Below, piece after piece: positions 61,546 to 64,000 of a stretch of DNA of 64,000 nt (the first letter of the stretch is position 1; the number at the start of each line of letters is the position of its first letter). Position numbers and translations under genes: made by a program. This DNA comes from an uncultured delta proteobacterium (GTDB taxonomy: Bacteria > Desulfobacterota > Binatia > Binatales > Binataceae): contig CAVVGR010000007.1 of NCBI GenBank assembly GCA_963747845.1, forward strand, positions 2,025 to 66,024. Direction: 5' to 3'. The notes beneath the pieces were generated by a model that ran no database searches, had not been told where the DNA came from, and was given only the letters and a program-made list of their open reading frames with translations.

Positions 61546-61715
61546 TCGCGCCTGACGAGCGGCAAACCAATGTCGCATTCTGACTGCTCGACGCCATGGA
61601 AATGCCACTTCAGGCGCGCTCTGCCTCGCATTGCGCATTGCTGCTCATCCCAGACCACCGTTCAGCGACTGTCCCGATTCGGTAACGATGGCCCGTCATT
61701 TGCTCTAATGACGTT

Positions 61716-62882
<1,167 letters not shown>

Positions 62883-62938
62883 GCCGGCATCAGCACACCG
62901 CTGGAAACCGGGCATCGATTCAATAACAATCCTGCTCG

Positions 62939-63235
62939 ATGAAAACGAGCATACGACTGTTCGCGGCCATCGCCGCTATAGCGACCCTGGTGAACGTTTT
63001 ACCGGCATGCGCACAGACGCCGCCCGACCTCGTCGAGTTGGAGCGGCAGGTGTCACTCGAGCTTGCCCACGTGCGCGACAGCGGTCCCACCGATCCGGAC
63101 AAGCGCGAGCAGCTCTACGAAGCGAGCCAGTCGGTACAGAAGGGCGAGACGGAGATCAAATCCAGCGACTACAAAGACGCCGAGCAGAGCTTGCTCCATG
63201 CTCGCGAGCTTCTGCGCAAGATCCGCGAAGACTGA
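62939..63235 (+). CDS. small secreted hypothetical protein
   Basis: Signal peptide (LFAAIAAIATLVNVLPACAQ) followed by a charged helical region. 98 aa. Confidence 0.45.
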   Translation: MKTSIRLFAAIAAIATLVNVLPACAQTPPDLVELERQVSLELAHVRDSGPTDPDKREQLYEASQSVQKGETEIKSSDYKDAEQSLLHARELLRKIRED

Positions 63236-63292
63236 ACGGCGTCATTCATCGCGCTTGCGGGTTCTGGTAACCTGAGGTTACAGGTCTCTCGA

Positions 63293-64000
63293 ATGAGTGG
63301 TTCGGATCAAATCTGGGCTGAGGCGTTGCGCACGCTGGAGCGCGGGCAGCCGTTTGCGCTGGCGACGGTGGTGAACGTGCGCGGTTCGACGCCGCGCGAA
63401 GTCGGCGCCAAGATGATCGTGCGCGACGACGGCCAGTTCGGCACTATCGGCGGCGGATGCGGCGAGGCCGAAGTCTTCCGAAAAGCTCGTGTATTACTTG
63501 AAGAAGGCGGCGACGCCCGCGGTGCGCGGCTTGCGGAAGTCGATCTCACCGGCGATTTCGACCAGCGCGAGATCGGCACCTGCGGCGGAATCATGGACGT
63601 CTTCGTCGACCTGTGGTCGCCCGCGCGCGACTTGGGAATCGCGCGCCAGTTGGCCGATGCCGCCAGCCGCAGCGCGCCCGGAGCTTTGCTGACGGTGGTC
63701 GATCCCGGTTCGCGCACAGAAATGCTGGCCGGGTCGCGTACGTTTATCGATCCCGCGGATGCGGGCTCCCGCGACGCGGGGCCGATCGGTCTGCCGCCGG
63801 CAGGATTCGCGCAAATTGTCGAGCGAACCGCCGATGCGATCCCCACTTTGCTCGAAGTGGATAGCGCTGGCGCGCTGCGACCCGTGACTCATCTCGGACC
63901 CGACGTTGGCGTGCGGTTGTTCGTCGATCCGATCGTCGGCGCGCAGCGGCTGATAATTGTCGGCGCCGGCCATATCGCGGTGCCGCTCTGCGCGCTGGGC
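63293..64000 (+). CDS. xdhC: XdhC/CoxI-family molybdoenzyme maturation factor (3' end off window)
   Basis: From ATG 63293 the frame stays open to the window end. ERGQPFALATVVNVRGSTPREVGAKMIVRDDGQFGTIGGGCGEAEV and the start of a Rossmann segment (LIIVGAGHIAVPL) are typical of XdhC. Confidence 0.75.
   Translation, partial: MSGSDQIWAEALRTLERGQPFALATVVNVRGSTPREVGAKMIVRDDGQFGTIGGGCGEAEVFRKARVLLEEGGDARGARLAEVDLTGDFDQREIGTCGGIMDVFVDLWSPARDLGIARQLADAASRSAPGALLTVVDPGSRTEMLAGSRTFIDPADAGSRDAGPIGLPPAGFAQIVERTADAIPTLLEVDSAGALRPVTHLGPDVGVRLFVDPIVGAQRLIIVGAGHIAVPLCALG

Overview
GC-rich (by eye) chromosomal segment from a diderm, aerobic, sigma-54-using bacterium. There is no rRNA or other marker, so I do not name a taxon. 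About 55 protein genes and one tRNA-Lys(TTT) are supportable; I saw no CRISPR array, integrase or transposase. Left to right: a TonB-receptor fragment; an envelope block rich in lipoproteins and LolA-fold families (alpha/beta-hydrolase lipoprotein coupled to a DUF4105/Lnb gene, a Kelch lipoprotein, DUF2092 with a glycine-rich secreted protein and a channel-like 2-TM protein, and a tandemly duplicated DUF1329 gene); a split ChrA pair; a CYTH-like gene; gabT. Next comes the most unusual locus (16995-24857): four tandem sulfotransferase paralogues and two GT2 genes, convergent with a third paralogous GT2 and a plant-like UDP-sulfoquinovose synthase. After that: a sensor-less sigma-54 activator, tRNA-Lys, an acidic repeat protein beside a 758-aa polytopic membrane protein, beta-propeller proteins including a ~1470-aa SBBP/NHL giant, and a decayed vapBC pair. 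Then pgi and a ctaC-ctaD-ctaE / dihaem-c / Rieske / cyt b-c / ctaG respiratory supercluster. The window ends with a Tad/Flp pilus locus carrying a good sigma-54 promoter, then bcp, a HAD hydrolase, a second sensor-less activator and a partial xdhC. Intergenic spaces hold a related family of REP/MITE-like palindromes. Major caveat: at least 20 single-base frame disruptions interrupt otherwise well-conserved genes, including coxI and coxII. I read most of these as assembly indels, so I merged the split ORFs and flagged each one. All product calls come from motif recognition in the supplied translations; no searches were run.
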